Below, piece after piece: positions 40,387-49,805 of a stretch of DNA of 64,000 bases. The position numbers and the translations under genes are program-made. The stretch comes from Bacteriovoracaceae bacterium (GTDB lineage: Bacteria > Bdellovibrionota > Bacteriovoracia > Bacteriovoracales > Bacteriovoracaceae), in contig OZ244226.1 of NCBI GenBank assembly GCA_965217035.1, forward strand, positions 1,346,146-1,410,145. The letters run 5' to 3'. Position 1 is the first letter of the stretch, and every line of letters starts with the position of its first letter. The notes under the pieces are model-generated. The model was given only the letters and a program-made list of their open reading frames with translations. It was not told where the DNA came from and made no database searches.

Positions 40387-40946
40387 CGAACCTCCCTTCC
40401 ACTGATAGAGCGATACATGGCCTTGCCTTCCTTACTCTCAGGATTAATTCCTAACCCTTCACTGAGAATTTTTAAAGCTTCGGACTCTCTTCCTTGAACT
40501 TGATAACAAGCACTTTCTAGAAAGGATAAATAAGCTATCCCTGGATATTTCATTTTTAAATCTCGAACTTTAGAGATCGCATTATTATAATCTTCTCTTA
40601 AAATAAGTTGTTGAACTTCTTGAATTTGCGGCATTAGATCATCGAGTTTTCTATTAAGAGAAATATTGAGTCTATCATTTAAAGTTAAATCAGATAAACG
40701 AGGAAGCTCAACTGCGCTTTTCTGAGCTCGTTTAGCATGAAAAAATATCAAAGGAGTTTTACCTGGTGCTGTAATTTTAATAGTTTTACCATCTTCTATT
40801 TCAAAACTCTCATTCGCTCTAACTTGCTTAACCTGCCCATCGACTTCAATAACTGCATCGTGCTTAAGAACCAAACTTGGTTTCTCTACTGGTAATTGAC
40901 CACAGGCTGTCACAAAAATCATTAAGACTAATATAAATATTCGCAT
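40383..40946 (-). CDS. Lipoprotein with C-terminal TPR-like helices
   Basis: Lipobox VTAC; YNNAISK...YPG, ACY..QG...EALKIL..GL.INPE; ATGA overlap with motA. Confidence 0.8.
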   Translation of the reverse strand: MRIFILVLMIFVTACGQLPVEKPSLVLKHDAVIEVDGQVKQVRANESFEIEDGKTIKITAPGKTPLIFFHAKRAQKSAVELPRLSDLTLNDRLNISLNRKLDDLMPQIQEVQQLILREDYNNAISKVRDLKMKYPGIAYLSFLESACYQVQGRESEALKILSEGLGINPESKEGKAMYRSISGREVR

Positions 40947-40991
40947 CTTTTAACTTATCGAATTTCTTAGTGCGATATTCAGTCGATCACT

Positions 40992-42707
40992 TTAAAGAGG
41001 AAAATTTTGCTGAGCACCTAAGCTATTGATATTAAAGGCTATTTCTAAACTATTCTCTTTTGTTTCTACCGTATTGATTCCAGACTCTTCTAATAATTCA
41101 GCTATCGTATTAATTGATTCAAAAGGTTCAACGATAGAAAGTGAATAACTTCCCATCGACTCTTCAATTAATGTCACTGACTTGCAATACACTTCATTAT
41201 TAATAATCGTTTGGAATATTTTTTTGAGTTGATCAGAACTTCCTTTATCTTTTCTAATTGCTTCAACAGCTTTTTCATCAAAATTAATACTGTCCTGAAT
41301 ATAAGAACGTAACTTCTTAAAAGAGATCGGTTTATCTTTATGAATCATTTCTGAAGCACTATCAACAATCCTTTTCAGATCAAGATTAAGTCTTCGTTCT
41401 TTTTGCTCGAAAGCTTTTCTTTGATCTAATAGTTCTTTTTTTCTCGTTTTTGCTTCTTCTTTTTGAGTTTTTACCTTTTCTACTTTCGATTGAATTAATT
41501 CGACTTTTTTACGGATATTTTGATTTTCTGTCTCAAGAACTTTTATCGATGAATCAATTTTCTCTACTTGTTTCGATTCCATATTATAAGTCTCTTGATA
41601 CTTTTCAAAAGCTATTTCTGAACTATTTATATTAATAGTTAATATTTCTACTCTTTGATTCATTTCCTTTTGATCAGAAATACTCTTTTCAATTTTATTT
41701 TTTACTTCAACGAGTTGAGTCTCTAAAGTTTTATTTCTTAATTCTAGCTCTGTTAATTTCACTTGAGTTTTTTCAGATGCCTCAAGGTTTTTTGAGAGAT
41801 TATAATTCAACTCTGCTAGCTCTTTTTCTTTGGCATAGACATTGGGCTCTAAAATCGAAGCTTCATCCATTAAGGTTTTGTGTAAAACTTCACCTGCTTT
41901 AATATCTGTTTGCATTCTTTTAATAGATTCCAAGAGAAATTGATCCTGAGTCTGATAAACCTTTAATTCTTCTCTAAGCTGAGTATTCTCTATTTCAGCC
42001 TTTTCTATTTTCTCTTGTGCCTTATTTAAAAGATCAGACCCTTTGTCTAATCTTTCATTTAAGACATTTATTGTCCCCTTAAGGTAGCGAACTTCCTCTT
42101 TTTGTTTTTTAATCTTCTTCGTTGATTTCCCCATGTAAAAATGGAGATCTTTTTCTTTTTGATCTAAGATTTGCTTGTTTAATGTCAGTGATTTTAGTTC
42201 ATTTGTTAAACTGCCCATTTTATTAGAGACTTGTTTTCCTTCTTCAATTAGTTTTAAAACAATTTTTTCTTTCTTTGACTCTTCAACCTTGAGCGCCTCA
42301 ACAGTCTCCTTAAGCAGGATAATATTTTTCCGTTCTTCTTCTAAACCTTTTTCTGAAAAAGGACTTAAACTATCATATTGTTCCATCTTTATCAGAATAG
42401 ATTCTTTCTCTTCTCTAAGTTTCAGAATCTGTTCCTTAATTTTTAATTCTCTTTTTTTTATTTTATTCTTAAGACTTTCTCTTTTTGCTTGAACTTCTCT
42501 TAACTCTTTCTCTAAAGTTTCAACTCCATATTCAACGTCGACAAGATTGGACTCCATTTTTGATAAAGACTTTTCTTCTTTTGCTAACAACTCTTTTTCT
42601 TCTTGAATCTTTTTATCGAGCTCGTTTTTATAAACTTCTTTTTGTTGAAGAATATGTTCCTTCATCTCAATTTTTCTTTTTGTTCGATTCTTCTTTTTCT
42701 TGATCAT
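40992..42707 (-). CDS. Long coiled-coil protein
   Basis: ~450 aa of E/K/L heptads with no Walker motif, then a ~110-aa globular tail. Confidence 0.8.
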   Translation of the reverse strand: MIKKKKNRTKRKIEMKEHILQQKEVYKNELDKKIQEEKELLAKEEKSLSKMESNLVDVEYGVETLEKELREVQAKRESLKNKIKKRELKIKEQILKLREEKESILIKMEQYDSLSPFSEKGLEEERKNIILLKETVEALKVEESKKEKIVLKLIEEGKQVSNKMGSLTNELKSLTLNKQILDQKEKDLHFYMGKSTKKIKKQKEEVRYLKGTINVLNERLDKGSDLLNKAQEKIEKAEIENTQLREELKVYQTQDQFLLESIKRMQTDIKAGEVLHKTLMDEASILEPNVYAKEKELAELNYNLSKNLEASEKTQVKLTELELRNKTLETQLVEVKNKIEKSISDQKEMNQRVEILTININSSEIAFEKYQETYNMESKQVEKIDSSIKVLETENQNIRKKVELIQSKVEKVKTQKEEAKTRKKELLDQRKAFEQKERRLNLDLKRIVDSASEMIHKDKPISFKKLRSYIQDSINFDEKAVEAIRKDKGSSDQLKKIFQTIINNEVYCKSVTLIEESMGSYSLSIVEPFESINTIAELLEESGINTVETKENSLEIAFNINSLGAQQNFPL

Positions 42708-42812
42708 AATTCTCTATTTTTATAAACCCTTATAAATATTATCTCTTAAGGCTTTCTAGAAAAACATAAGGAAAAATTCTCTTTACATTAATTGAAGGGT
42801 ATAATTTATTTA

Positions 42813-43394
42813 ATGAAATATTTACCTTTGATCTTTTTACTCAGTTTTGTGAACAGTTCTTTATTTGCTAATCAGGTCTTGACGAGTAGAACAACTCAAT
42901 CGAGAATTTCAATACTTCCTAGCTTAACTTATACCCAACTAACGATCTCAACTAATTCTGAAAATCTTTCTGGTCCCGGTCTTGAGCTTCTTATCCAATA
43001 CGCCCTCAAAGAAAAATCAGCATTAGGATTCAGTTTTAGGCAGATGAATCTTGGTTCTGAAAGCTCAGGGTCTGCTCTTAACTTTCGTTATATTTATGCT
43101 TTAAAAGGAAGACTCATCAAAAACGAAACAGAATTGAAAGTGGATCATCAAACCGTTCTCAATAATATTGATATTGTAGAACCAACATGGTGTGTTCAAG
43201 CCATTGGTTCGCAATACTACCTCAATACTTCTAGTAGTACTGTTCCTTTTACAGGTTTTGGAGTTGGAACATATTATAAATACCCCTTAAAAAAATATTC
43301 AAATCTTTTCGGAGGTATTAATTACGAAACTATGGAAAACAGTGGAACTCTTACAAGTCTCAGTCTTTATCTTGGAATGGATTTTAAACTTTAA
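42813..43394 (+). CDS. Putative outer-membrane beta-barrel protein
   Basis: Signal peptide from ATG 42813; amphipathic strands (GFGVGTYYKY, LFGGINYE); C-terminal LYLGMDFKL. Confidence 0.65.
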   Translation: MKYLPLIFLLSFVNSSLFANQVLTSRTTQSRISILPSLTYTQLTISTNSENLSGPGLELLIQYALKEKSALGFSFRQMNLGSESSGSALNFRYIYALKGRLIKNETELKVDHQTVLNNIDIVEPTWCVQAIGSQYYLNTSSSTVPFTGFGVGTYYKYPLKKYSNLFGGINYETMENSGTLTSLSLYLGMDFKL

Positions 43395-46300
43395 GGCGCA
43401 AGAGGAACTGCAATAATTTTCGAATGCCTTAAATCTGAAACAAATAATCGATTATTAATTTTAAGAATTGAACGTGGACTTGTTGATAAAGATAAGCTTT
43501 GATTTCCAGGTTCCGTCGTATCAGTAAAGCTTGCCTTACCAAGAACAGTAGAGGCGAAATCATTTGTCGCCACCGGATTATCGAACTTCATAACTCTTCC
43601 GTTAGAGGCATCTAAAACATAAACTCCTGTTGATCCATCACCAACAATATCGATAGGATAATTTAAACCCGTTGCTGAAACTAACCCATTTCTCGAAGTC
43701 CAGTTTGTATTCCCTCCAAGATAAAAATCTGCGTTCTGATCATCAACTCCAGTTAATGAGTTCCAAACCATAACTCTGTGATTAGCAGCATCAGCAACAT
43801 AAAGCTTGGTTCCATCTGAGTAAATCCCCCAAGGGTCTCTTAAACCACTTTGTGTTGTTGTGTTATTAGAAATATCTCCAAGTTGAAAATCAGCAGAGGG
43901 ATTCTCAGAGACATTTGTCATTGTCGGGAGTGAATTCCACACGAGAACTCTATCGTAACCTCGATCGACAACAAAAAATCGGGTTCCATCATAATGACAA
44001 GCAATAGGATTTCTTGGTCGATCAAGACCGGTTCCTGTTGTCGCCGCTGTCCAACTGGTTTGACCAAGAACGGCTGCTGCATTTGGCGAATTAGATGAAA
44101 TCGGAAGATCAAAGACCATGACTCGATGATTATTATAGTCCGGTACCCACAATTGCCCACCAGCAATACAAAGACCTCTTGGCGCATTCATTTGTGCTTG
44201 ATTTCTTCCTCCATTAATCAGAGTGAAGTTTCCATGCCCGATAACAAAGTCTGCATCTTGATTCCAAGAGTTAGGGATCCCATTATAAACAAGAACTCTG
44301 TCGCGATCAGGATCCGTTACAAAGAATTGCGTTCCATCGTAGGCCATTCCTTCAGGCTGATCATAAGATCTTGCGGTTGCTCCCTCGGAAGAGTTCAATA
44401 CCTCAGCGCTAAAGGCAAATTGACCAAAAGAAAAGTCAGCATTTGTTGCATCTCCGCTAGGAATGGTATTGTATCCAATAATTCTATGATTATCATAATC
44501 AGCTACATAAACCGTTGATCCTGATACTTCCACATCTGTAGGGTTATCTAAACGGTTTTGCTGACTCCCCCCTCCATTACCTGTATTTGATAAACCAAGT
44601 ACATAGTCAGAGGCTACTCCGTGGTTACCTGGAGTAGGGATCGAATTCCAAACTTTAACTCTATTTTCATCGTAGTCTGTTACATAAATTTTTCCACCTA
44701 AATAGCGGACCTTTTTTGGATTATCCATTGCATCTGCAGCAGCACTTGTACTTGAACCCGTAAGTGATGTTTGCCCTAGAACAGTGTCAGGGTTTGGATT
44801 TGTTCCAGTAGCAGGGATAGATTCATAAATTGCAACACGATGACAATTAGAGATTGCGACCATTAATCGAGTCCCATCTGACCAAACACCATGAGGATCG
44901 TTCATCTCATCAGATCCACATCCTGCAGCAACACCAGTTGAAGATGATTGCCCCAAGTAAACATCTGGAACCGCAAAATTTGAGGCTGGAAAGCTATTCC
45001 AAATGAGAACTCTATTATTGTCATTATCGGCAGCATAGATTCGAGTTCCATCTGACCAAACATCATAAGGGTTATCAAGACCTCTCGAAACATCTCCTCC
45101 ATCAGCCGTTGTTGTGATAAGATTGGCTTGTCCCAAAACCATATCAGCAGTTTGGTGATTCGAAGTTGGTAATGTATTCCAAATAAGAATTCTATTATTA
45201 CTTGAATCTGCAACAAGTAAGCGATCTGTCCCTCCAATATCTCCGACCCATAAACCAAAAGGATAATTCATCGACTGTCCACTTGGAGTTCCGATATTAT
45301 TAGGAGTGTTATTAATATAATTCGAATAAAAATTATCTTGCCCGAGGACAATGTCTGGAACATCATTTTCACTCGTTGGTGGAGTATTCCAAATTAAGAC
45401 CCTATGATTGTTTCGATCAGCGACATACATTTTTCCACCATAAACTCGAACAGCAGAAGGGTATTGTAATCCTTGTTGAGTTGCTCCTCCCTCATTTTGA
45501 TCTTTTCCAAGAACAATACAGGGAAGGTAGTCCGTTGTTGTTATAGAAGTCGTGGTAGAGTTTTCAGAATTAAAACCACCGCTAGTAGAAGTTGTCACAA
45601 GTAAATTATAACTAGTATTTATGGTCAAGCCTGTAACGATTGCAGATGTCACTGGAGCTGAAATTGTTTTTAAAAGTGTATTTGTTCCACCTGCTACATC
45701 ATAAACGAAATAATTGACAGCATCAGAGACTGAGTTCCAAGAAAGAGAAACATAGGCTCCAGCTGGTTCTGTTCGGCAGTCAAGACTGGTAAGATCTGTT
45801 GTTCCTGCTCCGTTATCAAGAACTGCTGAAATCCCACCAAAAGTAAGCATCACAGCGCCTTCAAGATAGGAGCTTTGACTACTACCTGTAATAGCCCTGA
45901 CTCGGAATCTATAATAACTTCCTTCAGTAAGACCAGTAAATGTATATGAAGTCGCATTGGCTACAGTAAAATCAGTAAAGGCCGTTACAAAAGAAGACGC
46001 ACAAGAAGTTCCATCACAACGATTAACTTCAAAACTTGTTTCATTGGTTGAGTTATCATCCCAGCTAATTGTAACAGTCGTTCCTGTTACTGATGAAAGT
46101 GAATAGTTTGTTGGAGCATTAACTCCTGCACTTCCTTCAACACTAAGATTTGAAGTAAAGGAAGTTGACCCAGAACTTGTTCCATAGTTAAAACTTAAAA
46201 TCCCTTCATGATCGCCACCTGTAATTGCAGAGAATTGAACAGAAACAGTACAGGTATCAGCAGGGAAGATCTGTCCACCAATGCAATTACCTCCGACAAC

Positions 46301-46573
46301 TTGAAAAAAAGAGTTTTCACCTTGTACATTTGAAATAAAGACTGTCTGATCACTGGTATTTTCAATCGTTACACTGCTAGTTGAGGTATTGGACAATCCG
46401 ATATCACCAAAGTTTAAAGCTGTTGGCGTAAACGAAATAGCAGAATTACCAAGACCATCACCATTAGACTCTCCTACTCCGAGGAAACTATCAGAATCAC
46501 TATTTCCGCCTCCATTACATGATAGCAATAGGCTAAATAGCACTAGCAATGTTAAGATCCGTTTAAAAACCAT
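43391..46573 (-). CDS. Large surface lipoprotein: Ig-like (ASH-type) + 2 FN3 + NHL-repeat beta-propellers
   Basis: Lipobox LLSC; LNFGDI...VTIENT...CTVSVQF; APTN...ISWDDNSTNE...YTFTGL..GSYYRFRVRA; about 12 repeats of P..V..DG.R..VAD.NNHRVL.WN...AD.VLGQ. Confidence 0.85.
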   Translation of the reverse strand: MVFKRILTLLVLFSLLLSCNGGGNSDSDSFLGVGESNGDGLGNSAISFTPTALNFGDIGLSNTSTSSVTIENTSDQTVFISNVQGENSFFQVVGGNCIGGQIFPADTCTVSVQFSAITGGDHEGILSFNYGTSSGSTSFTSNLSVEGSAGVNAPTNYSLSSVTGTTVTISWDDNSTNETSFEVNRCDGTSCASSFVTAFTDFTVANATSYTFTGLTEGSYYRFRVRAITGSSQSSYLEGAVMLTFGGISAVLDNGAGTTDLTSLDCRTEPAGAYVSLSWNSVSDAVNYFVYDVAGGTNTLLKTISAPVTSAIVTGLTINTSYNLLVTTSTSGGFNSENSTTTSITTTDYLPCIVLGKDQNEGGATQQGLQYPSAVRVYGGKMYVADRNNHRVLIWNTPPTSENDVPDIVLGQDNFYSNYINNTPNNIGTPSGQSMNYPFGLWVGDIGGTDRLLVADSSNNRILIWNTLPTSNHQTADMVLGQANLITTTADGGDVSRGLDNPYDVWSDGTRIYAADNDNNRVLIWNSFPASNFAVPDVYLGQSSSTGVAAGCGSDEMNDPHGVWSDGTRLMVAISNCHRVAIYESIPATGTNPNPDTVLGQTSLTGSSTSAAADAMDNPKKVRYLGGKIYVTDYDENRVKVWNSIPTPGNHGVASDYVLGLSNTGNGGGSQQNRLDNPTDVEVSGSTVYVADYDNHRIIGYNTIPSGDATNADFSFGQFAFSAEVLNSSEGATARSYDQPEGMAYDGTQFFVTDPDRDRVLVYNGIPNSWNQDADFVIGHGNFTLINGGRNQAQMNAPRGLCIAGGQLWVPDYNNHRVMVFDLPISSNSPNAAAVLGQTSWTAATTGTGLDRPRNPIACHYDGTRFFVVDRGYDRVLVWNSLPTMTNVSENPSADFQLGDISNNTTTQSGLRDPWGIYSDGTKLYVADAANHRVMVWNSLTGVDDQNADFYLGGNTNWTSRNGLVSATGLNYPIDIVGDGSTGVYVLDASNGRVMKFDNPVATNDFASTVLGKASFTDTTEPGNQSLSLSTSPRSILKINNRLFVSDLRHSKIIAVPLAP

Positions 46574-46710
46574 CAATTTCCTATCGTTATAAGTAAATTT
46601 GTCCCTTATCCCATTTTATCATTTGTAAATTTTTGCCCCAAAGGACTCATTAAGAGGCTGTTTTAAATTTTACTTTTCAAAATTTCGCCAAAAGAAGTTG
46701 GCATTTAAGA

Positions 46711-48426
46711 TCAATCTCTTGATTTAGGAACTTTATAAACCATATAGACAAGAATGATAAAGGAAATAAACCAGAGGAACCCGGTCATTCTAGGGATATC
46801 TGAAATATGATTAATAACCGTGTCTTTTACTAGAAAAACACCTGAGAAAAATAGAACAGAAAACAAAAGAGTCATTCCTAAAAAATAAAGAGCATTGCTC
46901 ATCTGTTTAATACTTTCAGCAAAAGAGTCACTTTTTATTTCAAGAGCATAATTATTTTTTGAAATTTCTTTAAAGAACCAAGTCATGTGCTTTGGAAAGA
47001 TTCTGAAAGAATTCATTAAATCTCTTGCGAACCAAACGCCTTCTTCAGTTAGTTGATCCTTAGAAATCAGAAGTTTTACGATATCTTCTGTATCTTCTTC
47101 AATAATTTCAAAAATATTTAAATCAAGCCCTAACGATTTACCGACTCCATCTAGAGTTGTTATGGCCCTAAAAATGATAAACCACTCTCGTGGAAGAAAA
47201 AGTTGGTGTTTTCTTAGAGTAAGGATAATAGCAGTCATCATTTCTGTTATATTCAACTCTTGAGCAGATAGACCAACAAAGGGTCCAAGGTTTTGTTCAA
47301 TATCACGAGTTAATAATTGATAATTCGGTATTTTTTCATACTCTGCAATATCTAAAAATTCATATACTAAATTTTCATAATTATCATTAGATAAAGAATA
47401 AAGAAGAGAGATCAAAGACCCTCGATTTTTTTTACTAAGAGTTCCAACCGATCCAAAATCGATGATTCCAATATTTCCATCTTTAAGAAGTAAGAAATTC
47501 CCGCCATGAAGATCAGCATGAAAAAAACCATCTGCTAATAAATTATGAAGAAACATTTTTGTAGAGGAAATCAATTTTTCTTCTAGATCTTTTGTCACTT
47601 CATCTCTACCTAGTTCATTAAACGATTTTCCGTCAAAATACTCCATTACTAGGACTTCTTCGCTACAGAAGTCATCATAAATATTAGGAATTTTTAAAAT
47701 TTTATTTTTATCAATTTTTTCAGCATTGTTTTTAAGTTTTAAGAGATTTTTCTTTTCAATTATAAAGTTTAATTCAAGTAAAACGGTACGATGAAAATCA
47801 TCTAACATTCGAGAAAGACCAAGATATTTGAAATCATCACTGATTTTTTCAACTTGTGAAACAATCAACTTAAAAAGATCAAAGTCTGTATCAATAATAT
47901 TTTTAATATTAGGCTTTCTAACTTTTGCAACGACCTCTTCTCCTGTTTTTAGTTTCGCTCTAAAAACAGAACCTATTGAAGCTGTCGCAATAGGCTTTTC
48001 ATCAAACGATGCAAAGAGCGATTGATAACTCTCCCCGAGATTATCTATAAGGACTTTGTCAAAATCACTAAAAGCTCCTGCTGCTACATCATTTTGAAGT
48101 TTCTTCATTTCTTGAATGAAGTCAGGATGAAAAAGATCTTCTCTTGATGCAACCAATTGACCAAGTTTAATAAAACCAGGTCCTAGAGCTTCGAATGATT
48201 TTCTTAAGCGATAGCCAACAGAAGTCCAAAGATCTTCTCCACCCTTTTCCGAAATCGCGACCTTCAGCCGCGCACGAGGCAAAACGAATCCTATTTTTTC
48301 ATGCAACTTTGTTTGGAGAATAAATTCATCAAAACCATTTGTTGCAAGAACAGATAAAATTTCTCTGAGACGCCCAACGTTTTTTATAGTTCGCGTAAGG
48401 CCTGTCCCGGTTTTCACCAAATCCAT
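46711..48426 (-). CDS. AarF/UbiB (ABC1) atypical kinase
   Basis: LGPGFIKLGQ, ATASIGSV, VVAKVRKP, FFHADLHGGN, IIDFG; two C-terminal TMs. Confidence 0.92.
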   Translation of the reverse strand: MDLVKTGTGLTRTIKNVGRLREILSVLATNGFDEFILQTKLHEKIGFVLPRARLKVAISEKGGEDLWTSVGYRLRKSFEALGPGFIKLGQLVASREDLFHPDFIQEMKKLQNDVAAGAFSDFDKVLIDNLGESYQSLFASFDEKPIATASIGSVFRAKLKTGEEVVAKVRKPNIKNIIDTDFDLFKLIVSQVEKISDDFKYLGLSRMLDDFHRTVLLELNFIIEKKNLLKLKNNAEKIDKNKILKIPNIYDDFCSEEVLVMEYFDGKSFNELGRDEVTKDLEEKLISSTKMFLHNLLADGFFHADLHGGNFLLLKDGNIGIIDFGSVGTLSKKNRGSLISLLYSLSNDNYENLVYEFLDIAEYEKIPNYQLLTRDIEQNLGPFVGLSAQELNITEMMTAIILTLRKHQLFLPREWFIIFRAITTLDGVGKSLGLDLNIFEIIEEDTEDIVKLLISKDQLTEEGVWFARDLMNSFRIFPKHMTWFFKEISKNNYALEIKSDSFAESIKQMSNALYFLGMTLLFSVLFFSGVFLVKDTVINHISDIPRMTGFLWFISFIILVYMVYKVPKSRD

Positions 48427-48517
48427 ATATTTTATTTACACCTTTTTCCTTTCTACTATTATGTTAAAATACTTTTACGCTTTGCTAAATAAGCGGAAAG
48501 CTTAGGCCACAGACAGA

Positions 48518-49027
48518 ATGAAATTCTTGATCGCAATTGTTTTGTTATTGAATAGCTCAAAAATTTGGGCAGCCCAATCATGCAGTCGTGTAGCTTATAT
48601 CAACTATCAAGAGGTCTTAGTCGACTCAAGTTCTTCGGTTCGAGGAGATGGTCTCAAGTTTTACTTAAATAGAGACCCTATTGCTAAGGAATACCTTGAG
48701 CTTTATCAAAAAAATAGTAAACCTAGTAAAAGCAGTGCAGCTATCAGCACTGTCGGGATTGGAATTAGTATTGCGGGACTTCTGCAAAAAAAAGATGAAG
48801 ACGGAGTTTTTAGTCGAAATACACTTGTTGCAACGGGGCTCGGTATTATTCTTGTGAATTTATTTGTTTCTAAAACAATGCTTTATCAAAACGAGAAAAA
48901 TCTCATTCGCTCCATTGATGAGTACAATAAACGAAATCGACCTCAAATCTATTTTTCACCATTTGCGGATAATAATGGCAAAAAAAATGGAGTTGGGATA
49001 AATTTTGGATACACAAAAAATTACTAG
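48518..49027 (+). CDS. Exported/membrane hypothetical protein
   Basis: Signal peptide plus two hydrophobic segments. Confidence 0.75.
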   Translation: MKFLIAIVLLLNSSKIWAAQSCSRVAYINYQEVLVDSSSSVRGDGLKFYLNRDPIAKEYLELYQKNSKPSKSSAAISTVGIGISIAGLLQKKDEDGVFSRNTLVATGLGIILVNLFVSKTMLYQNEKNLIRSIDEYNKRNRPQIYFSPFADNNGKKNGVGINFGYTKNY

Positions 49028-49035
49028 GATGGCTT

Positions 49036-49320
49036 GTGAATATTACTTGTTATAGTTGCAATAAAACAACTGACTTTCCAGATTCGAAACTCGGAAGACT
49101 TGATAGTTGCGATCACTGCAATGCTTATTTACACTGCTGCTTGATGTGTAGTTTTTATGACAAAAACTCCTATAATGAATGCAAAGAGCCAATAGCCGAT
49201 AGAATCACCGATAAAGAGAAATCAAACTATTGCGATTACTTCAAGCTTAATGATGGAGTAGGTGTAAAAGATAAGAAAGATGACCTTTTAGCTGCTGCCA
49301 ATGCACTTTTTAAAAAATAA
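49036..49320 (+). CDS. Small Cys-rich putative zinc-binding protein
   Basis: CxxC, CxxC, HCCxxC, C...NYCDYF. Confidence 0.8.
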   Translation: MNITCYSCNKTTDFPDSKLGRLDSCDHCNAYLHCCLMCSFYDKNSYNECKEPIADRITDKEKSNYCDYFKLNDGVGVKDKKDDLLAAANALFKK

Positions 49321-49322
49321 GG

Positions 49323-49799
49323 ATGAATATGAACGTACCTATGACTGTTTATGGAAAGAAAAAACTTGAGGAAGAACTCGAAAAACTTATTAAAGTCGAT
49401 CGAGAAGAAATCAAGACTGCCCTAGCAGAAGCTCGCGCTCTTGGTGACTTAAAAGAAAATGCCGAATATCATGCAGCTAAAGAAGCACAAGGGCATAATG
49501 AAGGAAGAATTGCTGAGCTTCAAAGCAAGATTGCAAATAGCCAAGTCGTTGATACATCTAAACTCTCTGGAGATAAGATTGTTTTTGGTGCTATTGTCAC
49601 TATTTATGATGGCGAAAAAGATGCTTCACAAACATTTCAAATTGTTGGAGAAGATGAAGCGATCGAATCAAAAGAAAAAGTTTCATATTCTAGCCCTCTA
49701 GGAAAAGCACTCATCGGAAGAGAATCAGGAGACGAGATTATAGTAAAAGCTCCAAAGGGTGATATCTCTTACGAAGTCGAGAATGTCGAATACAAGTAA
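49323..49799 (+). CDS. greA: Transcription elongation factor GreA
   Basis: PMT..G..KL..EL, GDLKENAEYHAAKE, SSPLGKALIG. Confidence 0.97.
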   Translation: MNMNVPMTVYGKKKLEEELEKLIKVDREEIKTALAEARALGDLKENAEYHAAKEAQGHNEGRIAELQSKIANSQVVDTSKLSGDKIVFGAIVTIYDGEKDASQTFQIVGEDEAIESKEKVSYSSPLGKALIGRESGDEIIVKAPKGDISYEVENVEYK

Positions 49800-49805
49800 C
49801 AAAAC

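Noticed and set aside
37624..40946. Zorya (ZorAB) defence system or TonB/Tol system
   Set aside because: MotA has no long ZorA tail and there are no zorC/D/E genes; MotB has an OmpA-like domain rather than an ExbD/TolR domain, and no TonB/TolA is present.
40992..42707. SMC/SbcC ATPase
   Set aside because: No Walker A/B or signature motif.
43391..45500. CRISPR-like periodic repeats
   Set aside because: The periodicity is degenerate protein-level NHL repeat coding; there are no identical DNA repeats with spacers and no cas genes.
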